Origin: an uncultured Planctomycetota bacterium
Lineage (GTDB): Bacteria; Planctomycetota; PLA2; JAEUHO01
Length of the DNA stretch: 64,000 bases
Assembly (NCBI GenBank): GCA_963752285.1
Contig: CAVVXN010000005.1
Span: 192,001 to 256,000, forward strand
Direction of reading: 5' to 3'
Shown here: positions 41,606 to 50,736 of the stretch, one piece after another
Layout: each line of letters begins with the position of its first letter
Numbering within the stretch: position 1 is the stretch's first letter
The notes under the pieces: generated by a model
Database searches by the model: none
What the model was told of the DNA's origin: nothing
What the model saw: the letters and a program-made list of their open reading frames with translations, nothing else
Made by a program: the position numbers and the translations under genes

Positions 41606-41881
41606 ATGCGCAAGACGATCCTCGGCCTCGCGATCGCGTTGACGCTGGTCCTCGTGCCGGCCGACGCGGCCTCCGCGCGCGGCGGTGGCGCACGGGGCGG
41701 CCGCGGCGGCGGAGGCCGCGGCACGGGTCCCGCACCGCGCAACGGCGGGTCGAGCAATGCGGGTTCCACGCAGCGTCCCTCCAACGGCCGCACGAAGAAG
41801 GATCAGGCCCGGCTCCGCGAGCGTGCGCAGATGGAGCTCCGCGAAGTGATCCTCGTCGACGCGGAAGCCGACCATCGCTGA
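41606..41881 (+). CDS. Small exported Gly/Arg-rich protein
   Basis: GGAG RBS; signal peptide MRKTILGLAIALTLVLVPADAASA; RGGG repeats. Confidence 0.6.
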   Translation: MRKTILGLAIALTLVLVPADAASARGGGARGGRGGGGRGTGPAPRNGGSSNAGSTQRPSNGRTKKDQARLRERAQMELREVILVDAEADHR

Positions 41882-41884
41882 GCC

Positions 41885-43549
41885 ATGGGAGCAGGCCGTC
41901 GCGTTCCGAGGCCCGCCCGCGTGCCCCTCGGGATCGTCGGGGCCGTAGGAGCCACGGCGCTCTGGCTCGTGTCCTCCTTCGCCGGCGCCGACGAGGATCC
42001 CGGGGGGGAGATCCGGCGTCTGGCGTTCGCCGGCGAGTGCGGGAACGCGATCACCGCCGCCGAAGCCGCCCTGAAGCAGGACCCGTCGTGCTACGCCGCG
42101 GCGCGTCTCCTCCAGGACCTGCTCTACGAGGCACACGACGAGGCGGGGCTCCGGGCGCTGCTCGCGGGGAAGGGCGTCTCGCCGGCCGTCTCGGCGTACC
42201 TCGCGGTGCGCGCGAAGCCGCCCGAGGACCGGTTCGCGTCGCTCTCCGCCCCGGGGCCCGGGGCCGGGCTCCCCGACGTGGCGGTGCTGGACCGCGCGTG
42301 GGCCGCCCTGGAGATCGGGAAGGCGCGTTCGGCGATCCCCGACGTCCGCGCGTACCTGAAGGCCCACCCCGACGACCCCGAGGGCTGGGAGGTCCTCGGA
42401 CGCATGGAGGCCGTCGAGACGAGCCCGCGCGCGGGCCGCCCCTCGCTCGAGAAGGCCCTCGCGCTCGATCCCGGCCGCCCCGGGGCCTCGCGCGCCCTGT
42501 CCGACGTGCTCCAGCAGCTCGGCGAGCGCGCGGCGGCGCGGGCCACGCTCGAGGCGGCGCTCCAGCAGTACCCGAAGAACTACTTCCTCCGCTTCGCCCT
42601 CGCCGTGGACCACCTGCGGGCCGACGAATTGGACCGCGCCCTGGTCATCCTGCAGGAGCTCGAGAAGGAACGCGCCAAGGACGACCGCGTGCTGGACCGC
42701 CTCGCGTTCACGTACCGTCGGCTGGGCCGCCTGGACGACGCCGCGACGGCGGCCGGCCGCGCGCTCGAGCTCGATCCGAAGAACGCCCGCGCGCTCGAGA
42801 CGCTGGGATTCGTCCAGGAGAAGAAGGGGGCGCTCGACGAGGCGCTGCGACGCGATCTCGAGGCGGTCCGCGCGGCGCCCGAGTGGATCGACGCGTACGT
42901 GGCCGTCGCCTTCGTGCAGGTCCTCATGGGCGAGCTCGAGTACGCGAAGGCGACGCTCGACAAGGCGTTCGACATCGAGAAGGACCATCCCGGAGCGAAC
43001 CGCGTCGCCGGGCTCGTCGCGTTCCTCCAGGAGGACGACCGGGCGGCGAAGCGGTACCTCTCGATCGTCCTCGCGTCGAAGCCGAACGACATCCCGGCGC
43101 ACCGGTTCCTCGGCTACCTCTATCTCGACGAGGGCAAGGCGAACGACGCGCTGGATCACTTTCAGAAGATCGCGGAGCTCGACGTCGAGGACAGCGCGTG
43201 CCACCGCATGATCGGGCGCGCCAACCTGTTCCTCGGCAAGGTCGACGTCGCGATCGCGGAGATCGAGAAGGCGATCGCGCTGGCCCCGAAGGACGCCTGG
43301 GCCGAGCTCGAGCTCGGCAAGGCGCTCGAGACGAAGGGCGACTTCGACGGCGCGAAGGCCGCGTACCAGAAGTCCATCGCGCTCGACCCGAAGCTCACCT
43401 GGCCCCACCTCTACCTCGCGGAGCTCTTCGACGACACCGACGGGGACGTGGACAGCGCGCTCCCGCACTACCAGCGCTACCTGGAGCTCGGCGGGCCCGA
43501 CGCCGACAACGTGGTGGCGTCCCGCATCGCCCAGATCCGCAAGTCGTGA
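41885..43549 (+). CDS. Exported tetratricopeptide repeat protein
   Basis: Many TPR units (ALALDP, ALELDPKNARA, AIALAPKDAWA, SIALDPK). Confidence 0.9.
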   Translation: MGAGRRVPRPARVPLGIVGAVGATALWLVSSFAGADEDPGGEIRRLAFAGECGNAITAAEAALKQDPSCYAAARLLQDLLYEAHDEAGLRALLAGKGVSPAVSAYLAVRAKPPEDRFASLSAPGPGAGLPDVAVLDRAWAALEIGKARSAIPDVRAYLKAHPDDPEGWEVLGRMEAVETSPRAGRPSLEKALALDPGRPGASRALSDVLQQLGERAAARATLEAALQQYPKNYFLRFALAVDHLRADELDRALVILQELEKERAKDDRVLDRLAFTYRRLGRLDDAATAAGRALELDPKNARALETLGFVQEKKGALDEALRRDLEAVRAAPEWIDAYVAVAFVQVLMGELEYAKATLDKAFDIEKDHPGANRVAGLVAFLQEDDRAAKRYLSIVLASKPNDIPAHRFLGYLYLDEGKANDALDHFQKIAELDVEDSACHRMIGRANLFLGKVDVAIAEIEKAIALAPKDAWAELELGKALETKGDFDGAKAAYQKSIALDPKLTWPHLYLAELFDDTDGDVDSALPHYQRYLELGGPDADNVVASRIAQIRKS

Positions 43550-43591
43550 CCGGACGCGCGACGCGCGGTCCACGACGGGCGTCGAGCGCGT

Positions 43592-43825
43592 TCAGTCGTC
43601 GAAGCAGCAGGGGCCGCCACCCGCGCGGGGCGCACCCTCGCCGCACGGGCCTCCGGCCGCGCACGCCGCGGGGGGCGTCGCCGCGGCGTGGCCGACGGCG
43701 AACGCGGACCCGTGCTTCTCGAGCTCCGTCCCCCGGCACGAGAGGCACGCCGGCCGCTCGTCCCCGTAGCCCAGCGCCTCGAAGTCGTGGGAGCAGGTCC
43801 GGCAGCGGTACTCGTAGATCGGCAT
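43592..43825 (-). CDS. FmdB-family zinc-ribbon protein
   Basis: MPIYEYRCRTCSHDFE...ACLSC...SAF and Cys-rich tail. Confidence 0.9.
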   Translation of the reverse strand: MPIYEYRCRTCSHDFEALGYGDERPACLSCRGTELEKHGSAFAVGHAAATPPAACAAGGPCGEGAPRAGGGPCCFDD

Positions 43826-44042
43826 CGTGGCGCTCCGAAGCCGCCGAAGCTAGCCCTCTCGGGCGTGCCACCCCCCGGCGCACCGGCGTCACGTCGCGGG
43901 TCTTTCGTCCCAATCTCGCCACGGCGGAGGTCGCTCCCCCTGAACGGTGCCTTCATCCCCCCCGGCGCCCCGGCCGATAGGAAGACACCCGAGATTCGGG
44001 TCCCACGAGAGGGGCGCGAAGACCGGCGTCGAGGGGCAGCCC

Positions 44043-44489
44043 ATGGTGAAACGAGAGAAGCGCCGGGCGATCCGGGTGGCATGCAGCCTCCCGTTGCGCA
44101 TCCGCACGCGCACGGGATGGCTCGACGTCCGCGTGACGGACCTGAGTCGTCGCGGCCTCAAGCTGACGATCGCCGACGAGAAGGTCGGCGTGCGGGAGAA
44201 CGCGACGGTCCTCGACGTCGCCCGACGGCTGGGCGGCATCCTCCCGGAGAGCATCGAGGCCCACTTCGACCCCGAGGGCACCATCCGCCGGCGGCTGCGC
44301 GTGGTGCGCGTCGGACGCCACGTGGACGACCGCTCCGTCGAGCTGGGTTGCCTGCTCGACGAGGCCCTCGAAGACACGGACGCGGTGCGGCTCGACGTGA
44401 TCCTGCCTCGGGAGGGCGAGACCTGGCAGCAGGCCGAGCGGAGACTCGACTCGGAATCCTCTCCCACCTCCGACCAACCGGCGCGCTGA
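44043..44489 (+). CDS. PilZ-domain protein (putative c-di-GMP receptor)
   Basis: RxxxR (EKRRAIR) and DxSxxG (DLSRRG) motifs; GC at strand end. Confidence 0.8.
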   Translation: MVKREKRRAIRVACSLPLRIRTRTGWLDVRVTDLSRRGLKLTIADEKVGVRENATVLDVARRLGGILPESIEAHFDPEGTIRRRLRVVRVGRHVDDRSVELGCLLDEALEDTDAVRLDVILPREGETWQQAERRLDSESSPTSDQPAR

Positions 44490-44596
44490 GAGGCCAGTTC
44501 GCGGCCCTTCCTCCTCCTTGCGTGCATTCGCACGCGGCGTCGTCGTCATGGCCACTCCTTTGGCCTCTCAGCGCGCCGGTTGCGTGCGGACGTTTG

Positions 44597-45372
44597 GGCG
44601 GCGTGGGCTCGCGGGGCCGCCTTTGGCGGCGCCGCATCGCGCGGAGGGGGCGTGCGCTCGCGGCGTCGGCCTTCGGCCTCGCCGCGTTGCGGGGGCGGCG
44701 TGGGCTCGCGGGGCCGCCTTTGGCGGCGCCGCATCGCGCGGAGGGGGCGTGCGCTCGCGGCGTCGGCCTTCGGCCTCGCCGCGTTGCGGGGGCGGCGTGG
44801 GCTCGCGGGGCCGCCTTTGGCGGCGCCGCGTCGCGCGGAGGGGGCGTGCGCTTGCGGCGTCGGCCTTCGGCCTCGCCGCGTTGCGGGGGCGGCGTGGGCT
44901 CGCGGGGCCGCCTTTGGCGGCGCCGCGTCGCGCGGAGGGGGCGTGCGCTTGCGGCGTCGGCCTTCGGCCTCGCCGCGTTGCGGGGGCGGCGTGGGCTCGC
45001 GGGGCCGCCTTTGGCGGCGCCGCATCGCGGGGAGGGGGTCTGCGCTTGCGGCGTCGGCCTTCGGCCTCGCCGCGTTGCGGGGGCGGCGTGGGCTCGCGGG
45101 GCCGCCTTTGGCGGCGCCGCGTCGCTCGGAGGGGACGTGCGCTTGCGGCGTCGGCCTTCGGCCTCGCCGCGTTGCGGGGGCGGCGTGGGCTCGCGGGGCC
45201 GCCTATGGCGGCGCCGCATCGCGCGGGGGGGCGTGCGCTTGCGGCGTCGGCCTTCGGCCTCGCCGCGTTGCGGGGGCGGTGTGGGCTCGCGGGGCCGCCT
45301 TTGGCGGCGCCGCATCGCGCGGGGGGGCGTGCGCTCGCGGCGTCGGCCTTCGGCCTCGCCGCGTTGCGGGGG
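44597..45372. repeat. Tandem array of 8 near-identical 96-97-bp palindrome-rich units (REP/BIME-like)
   Basis: gtgggctc recurs at 44603, 44700, 44797, 44894, 44991, 45088, 45185, 45281; hairpins gccgcc-ttt-ggcggc and gcggcg-tc-ggcc-ttc-ggcc-t-cgccgc. Confidence 0.95.
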
Positions 45373-45381
45373 GGTGGGGGA

Positions 45382-46773
45382 TCAGCGGGCGGGGGTGGGG
45401 GTCCAGTCGTAGGTGGGAAGGGTGCGGCCGTTCTTGAGGTGGAGGCCGTCGGGGGACGTCAGGACGCCGTTCGCGGCGCGTGTGCCGCGGGTCGAGATCG
45501 CCTCTGCGCCGTACGCGGCGAGCGGACGGACTTCGCCCGGTTCCGAGCGGCCGTTGCCGTTCGCGTCCTGCCAGAGCGCGAGACCCTCGATCTCGTGGCC
45601 GCGGAGCCACCCGTCGGCGTCGTCGTCGAGGGCCGCGAGCGCCTCGTAGCCGTCACGGAAGAAGAGCCACCACGTGACCGAGCCGAAGAGCTGCTGCCCC
45701 GAGGTGATCTCGCCCGTCCCGCTCGGGTCCCAGACGAGGAACGCGGCGTCCGCCGAGGGCCACGGCCATGGCTCCGCCGTGCCGTCGCCGTCGAGGTCGA
45801 AGGTCGCCGTCCGGCCCGGCGGGAGGAGCGCGGCGAGCGAGGTGGTCAGGCCGAGGGGAACGAGGATCGGCGTGATCGCCCCGCGGGGCTTCGACTCGAG
45901 CTTTCTCACCGCGTCCTCGACCGCCCTCACCTCCGGCGTGTTCGCTTCCGGGCCGCCGCGCGCCTGCACGAGTCGGACCCACGCCCGGCCGGCCTCGTGG
46001 GCGACGAGCTCCCTCAACCCGAGGACCGGTAGAGACGGCATCGCGAGGTCCTCGGCGATCGCCAGGTCGTAGGCCCGCCGGTACGCCCCGATCGCGACGT
46101 CCTGCCACCACCAGGCGATCACGCTCGCGAGCCGGGCGCGCGCCTCCGGCGACGCCTTCCCGATCGCCGCGTCGAGCCGCGGCCACGCGCGCGGTCCGAG
46201 GGCGGTCAGCGCCTTCGTCGCCTCCTCGCGTGTCGCCGCCGCCTCCGCGTCCAGGCGGTCGATCAGCGCGTCGATCTTCTGGACCTCCTCGCCCGAGAGC
46301 GCTGCCGGCGCCTCGGGCGTCGGAGGACGTACGTCGGGGAAGACCGCGCCCGCTTCCGCCGCGTAGGCGCGGGCCAGGTGGTATGCGGCGTCGTCGGGCG
46401 CGAGCGCGATCGCGCGCGCCGTCTCGCCCATCGCGTGCTCGAGGTGCGAGACGAGCTCCGAGCGCGGGGGCGCCTTGCCGGGGCTGGTCTCCTGGTACGG
46501 CACGTCCACGTCAGGGAGCTTCTGCGGGTCCTCCGCGTCGAGATAGGCGCGGATCTTCGTGCTCTTGTGGACGAGCGCGAGCGTGTGGATCCGCGCGAGG
46601 ACGTAGTGGCCGCGCGCGTCCTCCGGATGCGCCGCGACGAAGCGTCCGACGTTCTCCACGAGCCGGTCCACCGGGACCTCGTCGGGCAGGCGGAACATCG
46701 CGCGGGCTCCGGGCGCGGGAACTACGAGGAAGGCGATCGAGGACACGAGAACGAACCCGGCGCCGTGTCGCAT
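45382..46773 (-). CDS. Exported protein with helical repeats and C-terminal Ca2+-binding-like DxDxDG domain
   Basis: Signal peptide; FDLDGDG, DPSGTGEITSGQQLFG, DGYEALAALDDDADG, LWQDANGNGRSEPGE. Confidence 0.75.
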   Translation of the reverse strand: MRHGAGFVLVSSIAFLVVPAPGARAMFRLPDEVPVDRLVENVGRFVAAHPEDARGHYVLARIHTLALVHKSTKIRAYLDAEDPQKLPDVDVPYQETSPGKAPPRSELVSHLEHAMGETARAIALAPDDAAYHLARAYAAEAGAVFPDVRPPTPEAPAALSGEEVQKIDALIDRLDAEAAATREEATKALTALGPRAWPRLDAAIGKASPEARARLASVIAWWWQDVAIGAYRRAYDLAIAEDLAMPSLPVLGLRELVAHEAGRAWVRLVQARGGPEANTPEVRAVEDAVRKLESKPRGAITPILVPLGLTTSLAALLPPGRTATFDLDGDGTAEPWPWPSADAAFLVWDPSGTGEITSGQQLFGSVTWWLFFRDGYEALAALDDDADGWLRGHEIEGLALWQDANGNGRSEPGEVRPLAAYGAEAISTRGTRAANGVLTSPDGLHLKNGRTLPTYDWTPTPAR

Positions 46774-46916
46774 GAGGCCTCCGCGGCGGCCACGGTACCC
46801 CGGGGCGAGCCCCTTCGCGTCGTGCCCCCCCCCAGGAAGGTCGCTCCGGAGCCTCGGGTGGACCTGGCGGCGAAACGGGCGTCCTTCGGGACGCCGTCCG
46901 TTCGCCGGGCCGGACC

Positions 46917-47981
46917 TCAGTTCCCGCCGCCCTCGCCCGCTCCGTCGGACTTCTTCGCCCCGTCGGCGAAGAGCGCTTCCCATCGGGGGTCCTGGCGCAG
47001 GCTCGCGAGGTCCTCGTCGGCCTTCGCGTTCGCGACGATGTCGTCACGGTCCTCCGCGGGCCACCCGTCGAGCGCGAGCTTCAACACCTTGAACGCGTCG
47101 TCGGTCCGCTTGGCCAGCGCGTACGCACATGCGAGGTTGTAGCGCGCGTTCGGGAGCAGGCGCTCGGGACTCTTGCTCTTCGGCGCGAGTTCCACCGCCT
47201 TCTCCCAGTTCGCGATGCCCTCGTCGAGCCGACGGAGCTTCAGCTCGGCCATGCCGGTCGCGTACGCGAGCTGGAACTTCTGGGCATCGTCGAACCCGTT
47301 CTCTCCCGCGGCCGCCTCGGCGGCCGCGAGGACGCGAAGCGCCGTCTTCGGGTCGGACTCGTCTTGCTCCACGTATCCGTCGCCCGCGGCCAGGAGGACT
47401 TCGGGGTCGGTAAGGGGCTTCTGCAGCTGCCTCGAGGCGACGGTCACGAGCCAGAATCCCTGCTCCTTCGGCTCGACCTGCAGGGCCAGGACGGCGTCCT
47501 TCAGGATCGAGGCCGACGACTCGGTCTTCTCGCCGAGAAACGCGTGGCAGAGGAAGCACTGCCTTCCCCTCGGGTAGACGGCGATGGCGTGGTGCCGCTG
47601 ATCGCCGGACCAGCTCTCCTTCACGTAGAGCATCCACGGGTGGGGGTCCTGGCCTTCCTGCACGTCGGTGGGCTTCTCGTCCCCTTCCCCCACGAGCTTC
47701 TTCACGTGGGCGAACCACTCCGCCGGCGATTTCGCGTCCGCGGATTCCTGGATCAGGATCGCCACCTCGAGACCCTGCGACGTCTTGCCGCCGAACAGCA
47801 GCATGGGTTTCTCGAGCGACGGCTCGTCCACCAGGCCCGGGATCGTGTAGGAGATTCCGAAGTACTGATCGACGTACTTGCCGTTGGAGAAGCCCCGCTC
47901 GATGGAGGGCGCGTCGTCTCCCGCTCGGGCGAGCGTCAGGGGCGCAAGGGCGACGAGCGTGAGCAGGGCGGCGGTTCGCAT
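46917..47981 (-). CDS. Exported protein with C-terminal TPR (end-of-group) repeats
   Basis: GGAGG RBS; signal peptide; ARYNLACAYAL...AFKVLKLAL...DEDLASLRQDPRW. Confidence 0.8.
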   Translation of the reverse strand: MRTAALLTLVALAPLTLARAGDDAPSIERGFSNGKYVDQYFGISYTIPGLVDEPSLEKPMLLFGGKTSQGLEVAILIQESADAKSPAEWFAHVKKLVGEGDEKPTDVQEGQDPHPWMLYVKESWSGDQRHHAIAVYPRGRQCFLCHAFLGEKTESSASILKDAVLALQVEPKEQGFWLVTVASRQLQKPLTDPEVLLAAGDGYVEQDESDPKTALRVLAAAEAAAGENGFDDAQKFQLAYATGMAELKLRRLDEGIANWEKAVELAPKSKSPERLLPNARYNLACAYALAKRTDDAFKVLKLALDGWPAEDRDDIVANAKADEDLASLRQDPRWEALFADGAKKSDGAGEGGGN

Positions 47982-48104
47982 GGCGACCTCCAGGTGCGAC
48001 TCCGAACCTCGCAGTCTGCCACTGGGCCTCCGGCGCGGGAAGGGAAGCACGCGCGCTCACTCCCGTCCCCCCGCCGTCGAGGCCGGCCAGCCCCCCGCCC
48101 CCGC

Positions 48105-48142
48105 AGGGGGCTCCGCCCCCTCCGCGCCGGCTTCGCCGTCGC
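48105..48142. repeat. Free-standing copy of the 38-bp hairpin core of the tRNA-linked repeat
   Basis: agggggctccgccccctccgcgccggcttcgccgtcgc, identical to the internal part of the 180-bp units. Confidence 0.85.
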
Positions 48143-48644
48143 ACCGCCTTCCCGAAGAAGGGTCTGAACCTCCTCGGGATCGGGGTCGAGCTCACCGTGG
48201 TGGAGGGGGGCTACCGCGCTGCTCGCCCACCAGGACCTCCCGGCGAGCGAGGACTGGTGCACGAGCCACGCGCCGCCCGTCGAGCGGTTCCTCGAGATGC
48301 TCGTCACGAAGTCCCGCTCGGAGACGCTCGCGGTCACGGCGTCGTGGGACCTCGACCGAACCCCGGCGTCGATGAGTACGGCGAGATGGGCTGCAGGGAC
48401 GACTGGGACGTGGATCTGAAACCATAGCTTCCGTTGGATCGGACGACAGGGTTCACACGACGGCTCTCGCGGCGCTCGATCCATCGCGCCAACTGGATGA
48501 CGACAGCCCCTGGAATCGCGAACACCGCCCCATGCACGGCGAGGGCCGACACGATCTGGCGTGGCCGCGGAGCGGATCGTCCCGACCCGACGCGGGCGCC
48601 CTGTCGCCGCCCCGATCCCGCCCGGGGCGCCCGAGGCGCTCGAC

Positions 48645-49097
48645 CTACTGGGGCGCCTGCCCGTCTGCGCCGTACGCGCTCGCGACCTCCTTGCGAACGG
48701 CCTGCGTATCAACACCCGCGCCACGGAGGATCTGGCTGGCGACCCGATCGTCTGCCAGCACGCCCAGAAAGAGGTGTCCTGCGCGGATCTCCGCGTGGTG
48801 CATCCCTTCCGCGGCTTCCATCGACGCCTCCAGGGCGCGCTTCGCGGAAGGTGTGAACGGGAGCTGCCCGTCCGGGATGGGGTCGCCGCCTCGCGGCACG
48901 CGTGCGAGTACGCGCTCGCGCAACGCCGCGCGATCGACACCAAGGCGATCCAGCACCTTCCCAAGGACGGCCCCAGGCTGGCCCAGGCACGCGAGCAGGA
49001 TGTGCTCGGTCCCGATGTAGTCGGTGCGCAGCTCCTGGGCCTCAGCACGTGCGAGACGCATGATCCGCCTGCCCTCGTGGTCCTGATCTCCGACCAT
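48645..49097 (-). CDS. Stand-alone Clp N-terminal (double Clp repeat) domain protein
   Basis: LARAEAQELRTDYIGTEHILL; LPFTPSAKRALE...EIRAGHLFLGVL; no AAA domain follows. Confidence 0.8.
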   Translation of the reverse strand: MVGDQDHEGRRIMRLARAEAQELRTDYIGTEHILLACLGQPGAVLGKVLDRLGVDRAALRERVLARVPRGGDPIPDGQLPFTPSAKRALEASMEAAEGMHHAEIRAGHLFLGVLADDRVASQILRGAGVDTQAVRKEVASAYGADGQAPQ

Positions 49098-49220
49098 GGA
49101 GCCCATCCTAAGGCGACGGCGTCGTGGGGAGCGAACGCGACGGAGGCGGCCCGTACTCAAGCCCGGCTCCGCCACGACCCCGACGAAGAGGCTCGCGCGC
49201 CGCGGGAGCTGGCGCGCGAC

Positions 49221-49354
49221 GAGCGACGCGAGAAGTGTGGTAGCGGCGGTTGGACTTGAACCAACGACCGGTGCCTTCGGCCCCGGTCGAACGACGGGGT
49301 CATGTGAGGGGGCTCCGCCCCCTCCGCGCCGGCTTCGCCGTCGCTACCCCAGGC
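49221..49354 (-). repeat. Displaced copy of the tRNA-Met-linked repeat (att-like tRNA 3' fragment at 49238-49269)
   Basis: Identical to the units at 50715-51254 over about 134 bp. Confidence 0.9.
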
Positions 49355-49628
49355 TCATGAATCGGCCCCCCGGTGTTCGCCACGAAGGCGATGAAATGGC
49401 CCCGGGCGGGCGATCGGGCGGACGCAGGCTGGAGGCCAGACGCCCCGGATCATCCCACGAGCGTCCCCCCATTCCGGACGGCGTGCTGGGACGAGTGCTG
49501 GGACGGGCCAGACCTGCTCTCTGTGAGGTGCCCCCCGCGCCCGGATGCGCGCCGGGACGGGCATCCTCGCGCCCGCGCCTCGACCCCGGAGGGGTACGCT
49601 GGTCGCGACGCCCGGGAGCGACGAGCCG

Positions 49629-50069
49629 GTGTGCTACATGCTCTACCTCTGGACCGATAGCCCCGAGGATCTGGGCGCAGTCTCCCTGCCGGGGGTCCGC
49701 TTCGAACGGGTGACCGGCGACGGAGCCGTCCCCGCCTTGCTCGGGCTCGAGCGCGCGGAGACGTGGTTCGTCGCCTCTGCCAGCGGGTGCTCCTGCACGC
49801 TCCGGCACGTGTGCGAGGAGTCCCTCGATCTCGGCTTCGGCGCGCCCGAGGCCTGGTATCCCGAGGATCGGGACGAGATCTCGGCCACGAAGGCCCTCTA
49901 TGACGTCCTCGAGCGACTCGTCGCCGGCGGCTTCGCGGTCACACTCCACGACGGTTGGTGCGACGACGCGGTGGCGCCACCCGCGAGGACGCTCCAGGTC
50001 TCCCTCTCCGAGGTGAGTCGGGACCGTTTTCGCCTCTTCGAGAACACCGCGTTCCGGCTCCGACCGTGA
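49629..50069 (+). CDS. Hypothetical protein (CxC motif)
   Basis: MCYMLYLWTD...SGCSCTLRH...FRLFENTAFRL; coding-like codon usage. Confidence 0.65.
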   Translation: MCYMLYLWTDSPEDLGAVSLPGVRFERVTGDGAVPALLGLERAETWFVASASGCSCTLRHVCEESLDLGFGAPEAWYPEDRDEISATKALYDVLERLVAGGFAVTLHDGWCDDAVAPPARTLQVSLSEVSRDRFRLFENTAFRLRP

Positions 50070-50190
50070 CCTTCGCTGTCGAGGGCCGTGCGCCCGTAGG
50101 GCGCAGAGGGACACGGCGCCCGCGTGCCGCCACCGGGCGCGGTCCGTCCGTGCCGGGGTCCGGGGCGCCGCGGGGCGCGAGCCTCGTGCG

Positions 50191-50736
50191 TTGCGGAGAG
50201 GCGCCCTGCGGATCGCGCAGCTTTCAGACACCCACGTTGTCATGGACGGGCTCGTCTCTGGGGCCGACAGCGCCCGGGGACTCTCCGTGGCGGTCGCGTA
50301 CCTCGCCGCATGCGCGCCCGCCCCCAACGTCGCGCTCGTCACCGGCGATCTCGTGCACGACGGTCCCGCCGAGGCGTACCGGCGGCCCGCCGACCTGCTC
50401 GGCGGACTCCCGTGTCCGTGGCACGTGATCCCGGGAAACCACGACGATCGTGCGTCGCTGCGCGCCGCACTCCCGGAGCACGCGTACCTGGGATCGTCCG
50501 GGCCGTGCCACTACGCGGTGGGGGACACGGGGCCCCTGCGCCTCGTGGGGCTCGACACGCGGAACGGTGGCGGGTGGCTCGGCCCCGCGCAGCTGTCGTG
50601 GCTCGACGCGCGCCTGGCGGAAAGGGCCAGGCGACCCACCGTCGTCTTCCTCCATCACCATCCCGTGCCGTCGGGGATCGCCGAGATTGACCGGATGGGG
50701 CTGCTCGAAGCCGATGGTAGCGGCGGTTGGACTTGA
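50191..50736 (+). pseudogene. 3'-truncated CpdA/GpdQ-like metallophosphoesterase
   Basis: SDTH, TGDL, PGNHD, LDT and HHHP motifs present, but the ORF runs into the repeat at 50715 and lacks the final GHxH motif. Confidence 0.75.

Noticed and set aside
44597..45372. CRISPR array
   Set aside because: Whole 97-bp units are near-identical with no unique spacers, and no cas genes are present in the window.
44158..46032. Long ORFs across the 97-bp array
   Set aside because: Stop-free by GC richness, period not divisible by 3, repetitive Arg/Gly/Ala translations.
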